NCBI GenBank assembly: GCA_020348925.1
Contig: CP070758.1
Location: forward strand, 2,743,688-2,807,687
DNA: 64,000 nucleotides
Direction: 5' to 3'
Origin: Gemmatimonadota bacterium
GTDB taxonomy: Bacteria > JBHIER01 > G020348925
Both the position numbers and the translations under genes were made by a program. Shown here piece after piece: positions 20,296-29,874 of the stretch (positions within the stretch are counted from its first letter, which is position 1; each line of letters begins with the position of its first letter). The notes beneath the pieces are model-generated. The model saw only the letters and a program-made list of their open reading frames with translations, did no database searches and was not told the origin of the DNA.

Positions 20296-21303
20296 TTATG
20301 ATTTTGAAAGAGTATGAACGGCGTCTCGAAAACATCGAAAATTTTCGAGAGGTGTCTCGGGTGTGATTTCACACCCGGCGGAAACAATGCCCCGTCCGCA
20401 GGTCTGCCTGTAACAATCAAACACACTCTCAGTAATCACATTTTTATTACCATTCTGAATGACACTCACCGGATCACTGTTCCCGCATAGAACTTGCATT
20501 TCACCTAACAAGGGGACATAATCCGCCATGGAAGGAACCAGATGATCGACATCAATAATATCCACACCCGTTTTGATCACATCGGGAAGTATGTGTGTCG
20601 TATCGCCACAGATATGAAGCTTGGCCAGGGCTCCGAGGGAGTGAATATGCTCGACAAGTATCTTCTGCCGTTCGAAAAAAAATTGGAGATAATATTGAGG
20701 ACCGATCTGAGAACAGGCTGCATCGCCAATGCCGATGCAATGGGCACCGGCACGTATTTGTGCCGTAATCCACGGCACGGCAAGTTCCATAATGATATCA
20801 GAGACCGAACGGACTGTATCCGGGTATTCAATAAGATCCAGACATGCATTGGACAGACCTCTGAGGTTGGCGTATTCTGCCATGGGACCTTCCACCCATC
20901 CGACGATAAAACAGTCCTCCCCGACGTGGCGCTGATATTCTTCTATCTCACGGACTCTGTTCACCAGACGGTGATGCTCTTTAATATTTGGAACCGTGAT
21001 GCTTTCCAATTCTTCAATATCCAAAGTACGTTTCACCCGGGGCAAATCGTTTTCAGGATAGACCACCTCCAAGCCGAAGGCTTCCGTCTCGGCGTACGGA
21101 TCGGACATGACGGTCACCCAGTCGAGGGAAAAATCTTCGGCACACTTCATCATGACGTGGTATTTCGTCTTATAATCGATGCAGAATTCTCTATAATTTA
21201 CATTGGCATACCGTGCTGCAAAACGCATGACGATAGGGTGAAACGGCGGTCTATCGACCGGTCTGTTCCTGATGAAATCCAGCGTTCTCTTTAATGAATT
21301 CAT
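20296..21303 (-). CDS. Uroporphyrinogen decarboxylase-fold protein (MtaA/CmuA methyltransferase-like)
   Basis: SDPYAETEAFG; VGWVEGPMAEYANLRG; IGIGDAACS; KLHICGD; SAGCEI (HxC...C). Confidence 0.85.
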   Translation of the reverse strand: MNSLKRTLDFIRNRPVDRPPFHPIVMRFAARYANVNYREFCIDYKTKYHVMMKCAEDFSLDWVTVMSDPYAETEAFGLEVVYPENDLPRVKRTLDIEELESITVPNIKEHHRLVNRVREIEEYQRHVGEDCFIVGWVEGPMAEYANLRGLSNACLDLIEYPDTVRSVSDIIMELAVPWITAQIRAGAHCIGIGDAACSQIGPQYYLQFFFERQKILVEHIHSLGALAKLHICGDTTHILPDVIKTGVDIIDVDHLVPSMADYVPLLGEMQVLCGNSDPVSVIQNGNKNVITESVFDCYRQTCGRGIVSAGCEITPETPLENFRCFRDAVHTLSKS

Positions 21304-21313
21304 ATCCCTTCGT

Positions 21314-23092
21314 TTACTGAAAAATCCTCTCCCAACCAACTTTCTTCATGAGAGAGATCACGAGCACGACACACAGCCCGGCACTGAGGAAAGTGAGCAT
21401 TGCCTTGCCATACTGCCCAAAGATCAAAAAGCCTATGGCCGGGAGCGTTGAATAGACAATTCCTGCGGCTATCACAGCCATAACGACAAAGACACCCAGT
21501 TTTCGATCGGGCGTCACATCCGTTGCCTCTTTGGCAATAGGGTCCCAGCCCGGGCCGCCGGGACGTACGCGACGATAAAAAGCCGTCAATGTTTCGCGTC
21601 GCTCTGGAGGTGTGAGGAAAGTGACAGCCAGCCACACCACAATCGTCAGCGCAGCCACGATGACCAAACGATATTCACTCTGATCGACAAACCGACTGAC
21701 AACAAGATAAAAGAGAAGTGAAGCAATCATGGCCGAAATTTCCGACCACGCATTGATGCGCCACCAGAACCATCGCAACATGAAGACCGCTCCCGTGCCG
21801 GCCCCGAGAGCCGCAAGGAGTTTCCAGGCTTCATCCACGGAGATACTCCGCATAAACCAGGCGGCAATCCCTCCACATATGAGGATCAGTATCGAGGCAA
21901 GCCTGGATACCCCGGTCAGATGCTGATCACTTGCATTTTTTCGGATGAAACGTTTGTAGAAATCACTCACAAGATACGAAGCACCCCAATTAACCTGGGT
22001 GCTGATCGTCGACATATACGCAGCGAAGAAGGCGATCAACATGAGACCACGAATTCCGTTCGGTGCAAAATCACGAATCACCATGGCAAAACCGTTTCCG
22101 GGTTTTTCCATGGAACGCAGATCCGGATAATAGGCTATCGCCACAAAACCTATTAACAACCAGGGCCAGGGTCGGAGGCAGTAATGAGCCACCTGATACC
22201 AGAGGGTGGCCAGGAGGGAGTGCTTTTCATCTTTGGAGGAAGCCATCCGCTGAACAACGTACCCACCTCCTCCCGGTTCCGCACCCGGATACCAGGATGC
22301 CCACCACAGGACGAAAAGATAGATCAGAAATATTTGAAGCGGCATGGTCGGATTGACTGCACTGAAATCCGGAAGGAAGCGAAACGCCTGTTCCCCGCCC
22401 TCAAAGTTTGTGATCACCATGTTCTGCACAACTTCGATGCCACCAAGGCTGTTCACAGAAATGACGGCCAGAACGATACAGCCTCCCATGGCCATACAGA
22501 ACTGGATGAAGTCCGTGACAGCCACACCCCAGAGACCTGAAAGAGTGCTGTATACGGCAGTGATTCCTAAAAGAATAACGATCATCATCCAATCATCGAT
22601 TCCTGTGAGAGATGCACCCTCCTTTGAGAACAGTGTCACTTTTAAAATTTCGAACATGGCCACCGTTACCCAACCGGCAATAATGGAATTCATGAGCAGT
22701 GATATATAAAGAGCTCGAAATCCCCTCAAAAAGGCTGCCGGCTTTCCGCTGTACCGGAGCTCTACGAGTTCAACGTCGGTTAGAACATTGGCCCTGCGCC
22801 ATAATCTGGCATAGACGAAAACCGTGAACATCCCGCCCAACGCGAAGGCCCACCAGAACCAGTTGCCGGCTACCCCATATTTTGCCGTCAATCCGGTCAC
22901 TGCCAAGGGTGTATCGGCGGCAAAGCTCGTCGCCGCCATAGACGTTCCGGCGATCCACCAGGGTAATGATCGCCCAGAAGCAAAATATTCCACCAGGCTT
23001 TTTCCCGCCCGTTTCCGAAGACCGAAGCCGATACCCAGAGCAAGTAAAAAATATCCTCCAATAATCGACCAATCGATGATGTCTAATTTCAT
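21314..23092 (-). CDS. Sodium:solute symporter (SSS) family transporter
   Basis: EYFASGRSLPWWIAGTSMAATSFAADTPL; VAVTDFIQF; AAYMSTIS; many hydrophobic segments. Confidence 0.93.
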   Translation of the reverse strand: MKLDIIDWSIIGGYFLLALGIGFGLRKRAGKSLVEYFASGRSLPWWIAGTSMAATSFAADTPLAVTGLTAKYGVAGNWFWWAFALGGMFTVFVYARLWRRANVLTDVELVELRYSGKPAAFLRGFRALYISLLMNSIIAGWVTVAMFEILKVTLFSKEGASLTGIDDWMMIVILLGITAVYSTLSGLWGVAVTDFIQFCMAMGGCIVLAVISVNSLGGIEVVQNMVITNFEGGEQAFRFLPDFSAVNPTMPLQIFLIYLFVLWWASWYPGAEPGGGGYVVQRMASSKDEKHSLLATLWYQVAHYCLRPWPWLLIGFVAIAYYPDLRSMEKPGNGFAMVIRDFAPNGIRGLMLIAFFAAYMSTISTQVNWGASYLVSDFYKRFIRKNASDQHLTGVSRLASILILICGGIAAWFMRSISVDEAWKLLAALGAGTGAVFMLRWFWWRINAWSEISAMIASLLFYLVVSRFVDQSEYRLVIVAALTIVVWLAVTFLTPPERRETLTAFYRRVRPGGPGWDPIAKEATDVTPDRKLGVFVVMAVIAAGIVYSTLPAIGFLIFGQYGKAMLTFLSAGLCVVLVISLMKKVGWERIFQ

Positions 23093-23101
23093 GACGAACC
23101 T

Positions 23102-25003
23102 TTATTCACCTATTACTTTTTTCAGGGATTCGTCATCTTCTTTTGTCATGTCCGCCCGTAATGCATCGACCAGGCGAGTGACCCCTAGATTATGCAGCTT
23201 CTCCAATGCCACCTCCCTTGCCCGCATCAATATCGCAATTTTCAATTTGAATTGATGCAGGGAGTCAGGCTCGGGTACCGAATACTTTAATTGGAGCCGG
23301 AGGGCTTTCAATCGGCCGTAATTCTGATGGTAGTAGAAAGGATTCTTTTCGGTGATAAATCTGGCTCTTCTGATGACTTTCCACAGGGAATCGGCCTCCT
23401 CCCACAACAGTCGCTCACCGATCATTCTGCGTATGGCCAATTCAGCATCTTTGAAATCGAGGGCCGGTTCGATGGCTTCTCGACCGTAGAGGTGGGCGAT
23501 GGCCTGCCGCAGGGACCGCTGAGAATCGTAACTTTCAGGGTTCCAGAGATAATCGTTGACGGTCATGCTTGGCACCCGGCCAATCTCGCTGGCAGCGTCC
23601 CCGTTGACAAACATGCCGTTGCCCGCGGTCATCAGGTGAAAATCCTCCGGCAGGTCATTATCGTAGGCCGTAAAGAGCGTCGTCGTCGTAAAGGGATGGT
23701 GACTGTAGATCGTATTGTCCCATAAAAACGGAGCTCGTCCGCCGAAATTCACGCTCCAATCCTCAAAATCCTCCACGGTGATGCGGCGGCTTCGAACAAC
23801 AGGGCCGCACCAGATGATGAAGACACTTTCCGGCAGCTCGCGCCCGATGATCTCATGGTCCCGGCGAAAGGGCCCGAAGACGTCCTCCTCCCACGGAGTT
23901 CCAACGTACAGAGACATGTCGCCGTAATGCATCTCTTCATACGTGTAGTGGGCCGGTGCGTAGTACAGCTCGCATTCCCCCGATCGCGACTGTATCCAGT
24001 TTTCGAGATCACGCATGAGGAAACAGTGGGCTTCAGCCATGGTGCTGAACTTCTCTTTATCCCTGTCATCGGTGAGGATGTATCCCTCACCGTATTGAAA
24101 GGGTGGTGTATCATCGGCCAGGATCATGATCTTGTCAGCACCCCGATCCAAACCGTAGGCTATGACCTCTTTCAAGCCGTCGACATGAGCCTGATCGGAG
24201 ATCACAATATGCTTCTTCTCATAAATATTGTACATGAGCATGAGGTCCACTCCGCCGTACTCCTTCTCCCACCGCTCGCAGGCATCCAGAAGTTCCGCAT
24301 ACTCTTCCTCGACCGTCCACCAGGCATACTTTCTGCCCAAAATGGACAGACACGACATGCGGTAGCGGGCCATCCAGTCAAAGAGTAATCCCACACTTTC
24401 AGGAGCCGGGTCGATCTTAACGATCCGAAGGCCGTAGGCGGGCCAGTCGTTCACAACCGCCTCCCGGATGTGGGGTACTCCGTTTCTGTGAAAGACGAGT
24501 TGGGATAGGGCCGTCGCCGCGTAGATCAAGCCTCTTTGAGCTGCACCAGAGGCCTCGATGATCCTCATCCCCCCCTTGTTCATCGGGCGAAGGGAGTAGG
24601 CCTGCTTCCCGTGATCCATCAAAGATGATTCGCCCGACCGCAGGCGAATGGCGACTGACGACGAGGGGGGCCGGCGGCTCATGTCCTCAACCACAGGAAC
24701 GGACTGCAGACCCATCAGATCGAGCTGGTGATTGAAGATTCTTGCCGCCCGTACTTCCTCCTCCCCGTCAGCCACCAAAACGAGATGATCAGCACCGCTC
24801 TCTGTCCTCAAAGGATGGAACCGATCCAGGTATTCCACTTCAACGGGAGTCGGAAATATCTCCGGGAGATCTGTCGGGCATCGGAAGTGCGTTTCTGATC
24901 CCTGTCGAACCCCCACCTGGCAGGAAGCCTGATGCGGATTCAACGTTACGAGCAAACCAACCATAACCAATCCTGCGAAAAAACACTGCGCGCACGTTTT
25001 CAT
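23102..25003 (-). CDS. Secreted GH84-like beta-N-acetylhexosaminidase with GH20b-type N-domain
   Basis: RGLIYAATALSQL...VNDWPAYGLR; ILADDTP (tandem Asp); IIWCGPVV; PFLWDNT; DYLWNPESYD. Confidence 0.7.
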   Translation of the reverse strand: MKTCAQCFFAGLVMVGLLVTLNPHQASCQVGVRQGSETHFRCPTDLPEIFPTPVEVEYLDRFHPLRTESGADHLVLVADGEEEVRAARIFNHQLDLMGLQSVPVVEDMSRRPPSSSVAIRLRSGESSLMDHGKQAYSLRPMNKGGMRIIEASGAAQRGLIYAATALSQLVFHRNGVPHIREAVVNDWPAYGLRIVKIDPAPESVGLLFDWMARYRMSCLSILGRKYAWWTVEEEYAELLDACERWEKEYGGVDLMLMYNIYEKKHIVISDQAHVDGLKEVIAYGLDRGADKIMILADDTPPFQYGEGYILTDDRDKEKFSTMAEAHCFLMRDLENWIQSRSGECELYYAPAHYTYEEMHYGDMSLYVGTPWEEDVFGPFRRDHEIIGRELPESVFIIWCGPVVRSRRITVEDFEDWSVNFGGRAPFLWDNTIYSHHPFTTTTLFTAYDNDLPEDFHLMTAGNGMFVNGDAASEIGRVPSMTVNDYLWNPESYDSQRSLRQAIAHLYGREAIEPALDFKDAELAIRRMIGERLLWEEADSLWKVIRRARFITEKNPFYYHQNYGRLKALRLQLKYSVPEPDSLHQFKLKIAILMRAREVALEKLHNLGVTRLVDALRADMTKEDDESLKKVIGE

Positions 25004-25052
25004 GAATACAAACCTCCTAGTAACTGCTTATGCTTCCCGACAAGAATATAAA

Positions 25053-27434
25053 CTACGGCGGACATGTACCGATACTCAGGATGACATTAATGATCCCCGC
25101 AACATCGAGAATATTGATGACCCCGTCCTCATTGCAGTCAGCGGCGCATATCTCAGGTTCCGAGGATGGATCACCAGTCTCCAGTATAATGTTCACCACA
25201 CTGACAACATCCAAAATATCGACAATACCATCACTATTGATGTCTCCCTTCATTATCTGGCAGGTTTCAATGGATACGTTATGAATCCCCTGATCCACAT
25301 ATACTTTTATCCACCCAGTATCCGGTTCAATGACACTTGTTTGAACATCATTTATCTCCACACCCGTAATACCTGGAAAGTAAAAAATGATATCCGTCCC
25401 TTGAGAGATAACGGTGCCGTCCTTACCTTTCATATAGATTGTAATTTCTGAATCTGATTCAAATCCTGTTCTTGGGGATAGCCCGTCGTCATATCGGACA
25501 CCTTTCCGTACAAGATAAAATTGATTATTCTCGTTTACCTCACGATATACCAGACCCATGCCAATAAAAGAAATATCCTGATATGTCACAAGAGTATGAC
25601 TTATGGAACTCAGAATGCAATCGACGATCGTATTTCCGTGATCTACGGAAGCACCGCTGGCATTGCCTAAGTCTATGCGATCCACGTTTGCCAACGGATG
25701 CATATCATCATGAGGAAAAAGAACGGATACGATGCTGGCTTCTCCATTTTCGTCCGTATCATATGTTGAATAGAGATATTTTCCGTCATACCTGCTGCAA
25801 TCACTGTACGATCCCAAATAGCCCGTGTGCACATTCACATCGGTGGGCTTTGTACCCAAAAAGATGGTGACGTACACCGGATGGTCGCTGTAATTGCATC
25901 CCTCGATATCCCAGCGGTACTCAGTTTCCCATCTCACAGCAACCGGACCAGCTGCGGAATTCGGGTGAAGAGCAACATTGACTTGATGGGAAGGATCATT
26001 CGCATCAACCTCATCAATGAGGATGAAATATCCACTCACGCCGTCCAACGGTTTCACAAAGAAAAAATTTCGCTGATGATGTCCGTTCGGCAGGGCACTC
26101 CCTGAACTTCCACTGGCGTAATCCACATCCTCCCCTATCAGTCCCTCAGTAATGCCACCTCCCTCCTTTTCCGAATGATCCTCATTATTGATCATAACCG
26201 TATTTGAGGATGCCGAGCGATTGTGTATCCACGTCCACTCACCGGCTCCCCAGCCGTCATATCCTGAATTGCGGAGAATATGTTCACCATACGCGGCAAT
26301 GTGAATGGCATTTACGTCTTTATGGGTGTGACTTTCTTTTTTCACCCGGATATTCCATAACGCTCCGGCCAATGCCCGATCCGTATTTGCATCTTCAAGA
26401 AACCATGCACCGCCATTTGGGAAAATCCTGCTGGGAGGTCTCTCAGGGGAGAGTGGAACCGAGTCACACAGGATATAGTGCAGCAATCTTCCTTGAATCA
26501 ATTCATCCGTTAACGATCCGACATGCCATGCTCCATATCGCTGAGCTTTGTTAGAGAATTTATCGACTCTGAATAATGATGCAGCCCATTGATCAAGATC
26601 TTTGGTCGGTGGAGAATCTCCAAAGGTATACGACCGGTTAAATGGTGTGACACTATAGCCCATCACCCATTCATACAGATTTTGAAATTTCGGTGTGTCG
26701 TAGAACTCGTGATAGCCCTGATATTCGCAAACATCCATAAACATTTTTTTCTGAATTCGGTTATCCATAAATAACCTGCTCTTCGCGTATCCCGGGCCAG
26801 TGGAAAAGACGCCGTCACCAGTCGTTTCATCCAAAATAAATTTTCGATATAATTCCTTTTTTTCAATAAAAGTATCCGTTATACCGTTATGGTACAAATC
26901 TTTCAATCCGTCAATGGCAAACTTGCTTTCTTTCCATGAATTTCTATGGTTATCGGCAATGTAATCGCAATCGTCTTCGATGGCCCGGCGTATACTAACC
27001 GATATGTCGGTGTACATGATATCCAGAACCAGATAGATCATGAAAGCTGCACTTGCAGGGGGCACAGTATACTCATGGTCGTCGGAACCGTTCTGCTTCT
27101 CTGTCCGTATATCATCGATGGCATCGGCAAGAACAGTTTCAATTCTTGAGACATAAAGTGAACTGTTACCCGGATCGAGGATATAAGCAAGAGCACACGC
27201 ACTGGCAATTTCCCGGGCACGAACGCATTTCGACGGCAGACTCTCATCCGGATTGTACGCTAAACTCTTAGCCTCCTCAATGGCTTTCGATTTCATCACC
27301 AACCACGGCCAATCTTCAGCCCGTGCCCGCAACGCGGCATACTCCGATTGCTTCACGATGATAAAAGGATGCGTTATACCGAATGCCCTTTGGCTCAGAA
27401 CAAAAAGCAGAATCAGACCAATGGTTATTTTCAT
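25053..27434 (-). CDS. Heparinase II/III-like polysaccharide lyase with C-terminal type I dockerin
   Basis: Signal peptide; THPFII; TFGDS; HTHKDVNAIHIAAYGEHILRNSGY; SSNTVMIN; GDINSDGIVDILDVV...AADCNEDGVINILDV. Confidence 0.85.
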   Translation of the reverse strand: MKITIGLILLFVLSQRAFGITHPFIIVKQSEYAALRARAEDWPWLVMKSKAIEEAKSLAYNPDESLPSKCVRAREIASACALAYILDPGNSSLYVSRIETVLADAIDDIRTEKQNGSDDHEYTVPPASAAFMIYLVLDIMYTDISVSIRRAIEDDCDYIADNHRNSWKESKFAIDGLKDLYHNGITDTFIEKKELYRKFILDETTGDGVFSTGPGYAKSRLFMDNRIQKKMFMDVCEYQGYHEFYDTPKFQNLYEWVMGYSVTPFNRSYTFGDSPPTKDLDQWAASLFRVDKFSNKAQRYGAWHVGSLTDELIQGRLLHYILCDSVPLSPERPPSRIFPNGGAWFLEDANTDRALAGALWNIRVKKESHTHKDVNAIHIAAYGEHILRNSGYDGWGAGEWTWIHNRSASSNTVMINNEDHSEKEGGGITEGLIGEDVDYASGSSGSALPNGHHQRNFFFVKPLDGVSGYFILIDEVDANDPSHQVNVALHPNSAAGPVAVRWETEYRWDIEGCNYSDHPVYVTIFLGTKPTDVNVHTGYLGSYSDCSRYDGKYLYSTYDTDENGEASIVSVLFPHDDMHPLANVDRIDLGNASGASVDHGNTIVDCILSSISHTLVTYQDISFIGMGLVYREVNENNQFYLVRKGVRYDDGLSPRTGFESDSEITIYMKGKDGTVISQGTDIIFYFPGITGVEINDVQTSVIEPDTGWIKVYVDQGIHNVSIETCQIMKGDINSDGIVDILDVVSVVNIILETGDPSSEPEICAADCNEDGVINILDVAGIINVILSIGTCPP

Positions 27435-27479
27435 GTTTGTAACTCTTGAAGGATACATAGCATCACTGGCTGTTGATAC

Positions 27480-28823
27480 TCACGCCAGAATGTAGATGAT
27501 CACATCACCCACATTCGTTCCGGTATTCCCGGTTCGAACAAGGGATGCTCCAATCTTATTAAAGAGTGTATTGCTATCATATCGATCAATGTATGATTGG
27601 ACATCGATGTTCTGACCTTTGGCACGGACCAGTGATTCTTTGTCGACTATCACCCCTGCCACATCAGGTAAGTAATCGGAGCCGTCGGTCCCCACACAAA
27701 CAACAACCCAGTCACCTTCATAGTCTCTCATCGCCAACAAGGAGGCAGCAGCATAGTGCTGATTTCTCCCTCCCTTTCCAGGATTTTCGGGTAACTTCGG
27801 TGTTGTTTCGCCACCGATTAGGACCACATCATACCCTTCATATACTCCACGCTGTATCTCACCCGCCCTGTACTGGGCGACTCTTGCCGGATCACCCTTC
27901 TGTTCTGCCGTAACAATGTACGGCGAGTATCCCATATCTTTTGCCCTCTGAGCCATCGCCTCTAAAGCATTCCCGTTTTCTCCGATGATATAGTTGTAAC
28001 ATGTATTCAGTTTTTTTGGCGTCTCCTCAATTTCACCTCGGATACCTTTTTCTAAGTGAGTTACAATATTTTTGGGTGCTTTCAAGATCAAACCATATTT
28101 TTCCAAAACAGCATATGCGTCTGAAAACGTCGATGAATCCGGATACGTCGGACCGGATGCGATCACATCCAAATCGTTTCCAATCACGTCGGAGATGATG
28201 AGGCTGATGACGGTTGCGGGGGAAAAGAATTCACCCAGTCGCCCGCCCTTAACCCGTGACAGGTGCTTTCGCACTGCATTGATTTCATAAATTTCCGCAC
28301 CACTACCGAGTAAGAGTTTCGTTATCTGTTTTTTCTCATCAAGATCAATCCCGTCCACCGGAGAAGGCATCAACGCAGAACCTCCTCCGGAAATGAGACA
28401 CAGTACCGTATCTTTTTCATTGATGGAATACTGTCCTTTAAGAGTCAGCATCCGTTCAACGCCGTACAAACCCTCATCATCGGGGATAGGGTGTGATGCT
28501 TTCACTACATGAATCGGCTGTGTGTCATACCCAGTATCGACGCAATTGATAACACCATCTGTAATCCTTTCTTTTCCCATTATTTTTAAGAGCACATCAG
28601 CCATTCGTCCAGCTGCCTTGCCCCCTCCTATGACAAACAGTCTTCCCTGGGAGAGGTCGTGCTCTTCACCCTGAATCTTGAGGACATTCCGTGTCGAATC
28701 ATACTCCAGAGTAATGTTCATCGTAATCTCAGGAAGAACTCTGTGGATTCCGGCCTCGATGATGTCCAAGGCATGCGTTCTGAGCTCAGATGATGCAACT
28801 TCATCTTTATTTGTTATAATCAT
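27480..28823 (-). CDS. Glycerate kinase type 2 (GckA/TtuD, MOFRL family)
   Basis: GGGKAA; ASHPIPD; CLISGGGSAL; RKHLSRVKGG; SDVIGNDLDVIASGPT; GGETT; GGRNQ; GTDGSD; TGTNVGD. Confidence 0.92.
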   Translation of the reverse strand: MIITNKDEVASSELRTHALDIIEAGIHRVLPEITMNITLEYDSTRNVLKIQGEEHDLSQGRLFVIGGGKAAGRMADVLLKIMGKERITDGVINCVDTGYDTQPIHVVKASHPIPDDEGLYGVERMLTLKGQYSINEKDTVLCLISGGGSALMPSPVDGIDLDEKKQITKLLLGSGAEIYEINAVRKHLSRVKGGRLGEFFSPATVISLIISDVIGNDLDVIASGPTYPDSSTFSDAYAVLEKYGLILKAPKNIVTHLEKGIRGEIEETPKKLNTCYNYIIGENGNALEAMAQRAKDMGYSPYIVTAEQKGDPARVAQYRAGEIQRGVYEGYDVVLIGGETTPKLPENPGKGGRNQHYAAASLLAMRDYEGDWVVVCVGTDGSDYLPDVAGVIVDKESLVRAKGQNIDVQSYIDRYDSNTLFNKIGASLVRTGNTGTNVGDVIIYILA

Positions 28824-28934
28824 AGTACCCACAACCGAAGATAAAAAATCCTCAAACAGGAAGGGGAAGATCGCATTCATGATTCAAAATGTATATCCCC
28901 ATCCCGCGTCCTTTCATTTTAATAAAGGATGTTC

Positions 28935-29828
28935 TTAAGAGATCTTCCAGGGGGGAATTTCCGGTAGGAGCTTCTCAAATTCATCGATCAACTGCGATTC
29001 ATACTCTCCGGCATAATCCCCGGCTAAAAATTTCTTACATCCCTCCCTGAAGAACCGTTCCCACGATTCCTCCTCCCGTCCCGGATTGACAGGGTAAAAC
29101 AGTGCTCCATTGGCCCGGGCCGCTTTGAGATCTCCGGGTGCATCGCCTACCATGAGTACATGATGATCCTGATATTTTCCTCCGGTGGCTAACTGGATAT
29201 GTTCTTTTTTGCTTCCCATTTCCTGTCCTGCAATGATCGCCGCATATGATGCGATACCGTTCTCTTCCCATTCTCTCTGAAGCGCCTCGCCCGGTGTTGC
29301 GGAAACGACGACGATATCCGCTGCACGGCTGAGCATCTCCAAACTCTCCCTGACGAAGGGGAAGGGTGGAACGCCTGTGACCATGTCAGCAATGGCGGCA
29401 TTGACGGCTTCACTCCATTTTAAGGTTTGGATCAAAACGGGATCTTGTGTCCTGTCTATAACCTTTTGCAGCGCCGGATTACCCATGGAAACACCTGAGT
29501 TGATGAAATCCCGCAACGATGGAAGGTCAGGTATGGTTACCTCTCTTTTCCTCACTTCCTCCCGTTCTTTAAGAAGATCAAGGACCATGACCAGAGCAGG
29601 AAAACGATTTATGCCTCGCCATTTCGAATACAAATTTACAAACTCCGCTGCCTCTCTCGCGTATTTTGAGACAGCCTGAAGATTCCAGTACTTTATGATG
29701 TTTGGGATGAAACACTCCTTGTGCTTTATCTCCATGGAGTCAAAAACACAGCCGTCGGAATCAACGCCGACAAAGTAATCGTGCTTGGGCTGAAATTCAC
29801 TCAACTTTTTTTGATCAAAATCCTGCAT
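28935..29828 (-). CDS. HAD-superfamily hydrolase
   Basis: Motif I VDSDGC, motif II VVSAT, motif IV MVGDAPGD; GAAAGGA RBS. Confidence 0.85.
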   Translation of the reverse strand: MQDFDQKKLSEFQPKHDYFVGVDSDGCVFDSMEIKHKECFIPNIIKYWNLQAVSKYAREAAEFVNLYSKWRGINRFPALVMVLDLLKEREEVRKREVTIPDLPSLRDFINSGVSMGNPALQKVIDRTQDPVLIQTLKWSEAVNAAIADMVTGVPPFPFVRESLEMLSRAADIVVVSATPGEALQREWEENGIASYAAIIAGQEMGSKKEHIQLATGGKYQDHHVLMVGDAPGDLKAARANGALFYPVNPGREEESWERFFREGCKKFLAGDYAGEYESQLIDEFEKLLPEIPPWKIS

Positions 29829-29874
29829 CTGATGGGTCCTTTCGGAAATGAAAAAGAAACCTTTATTCACAATC

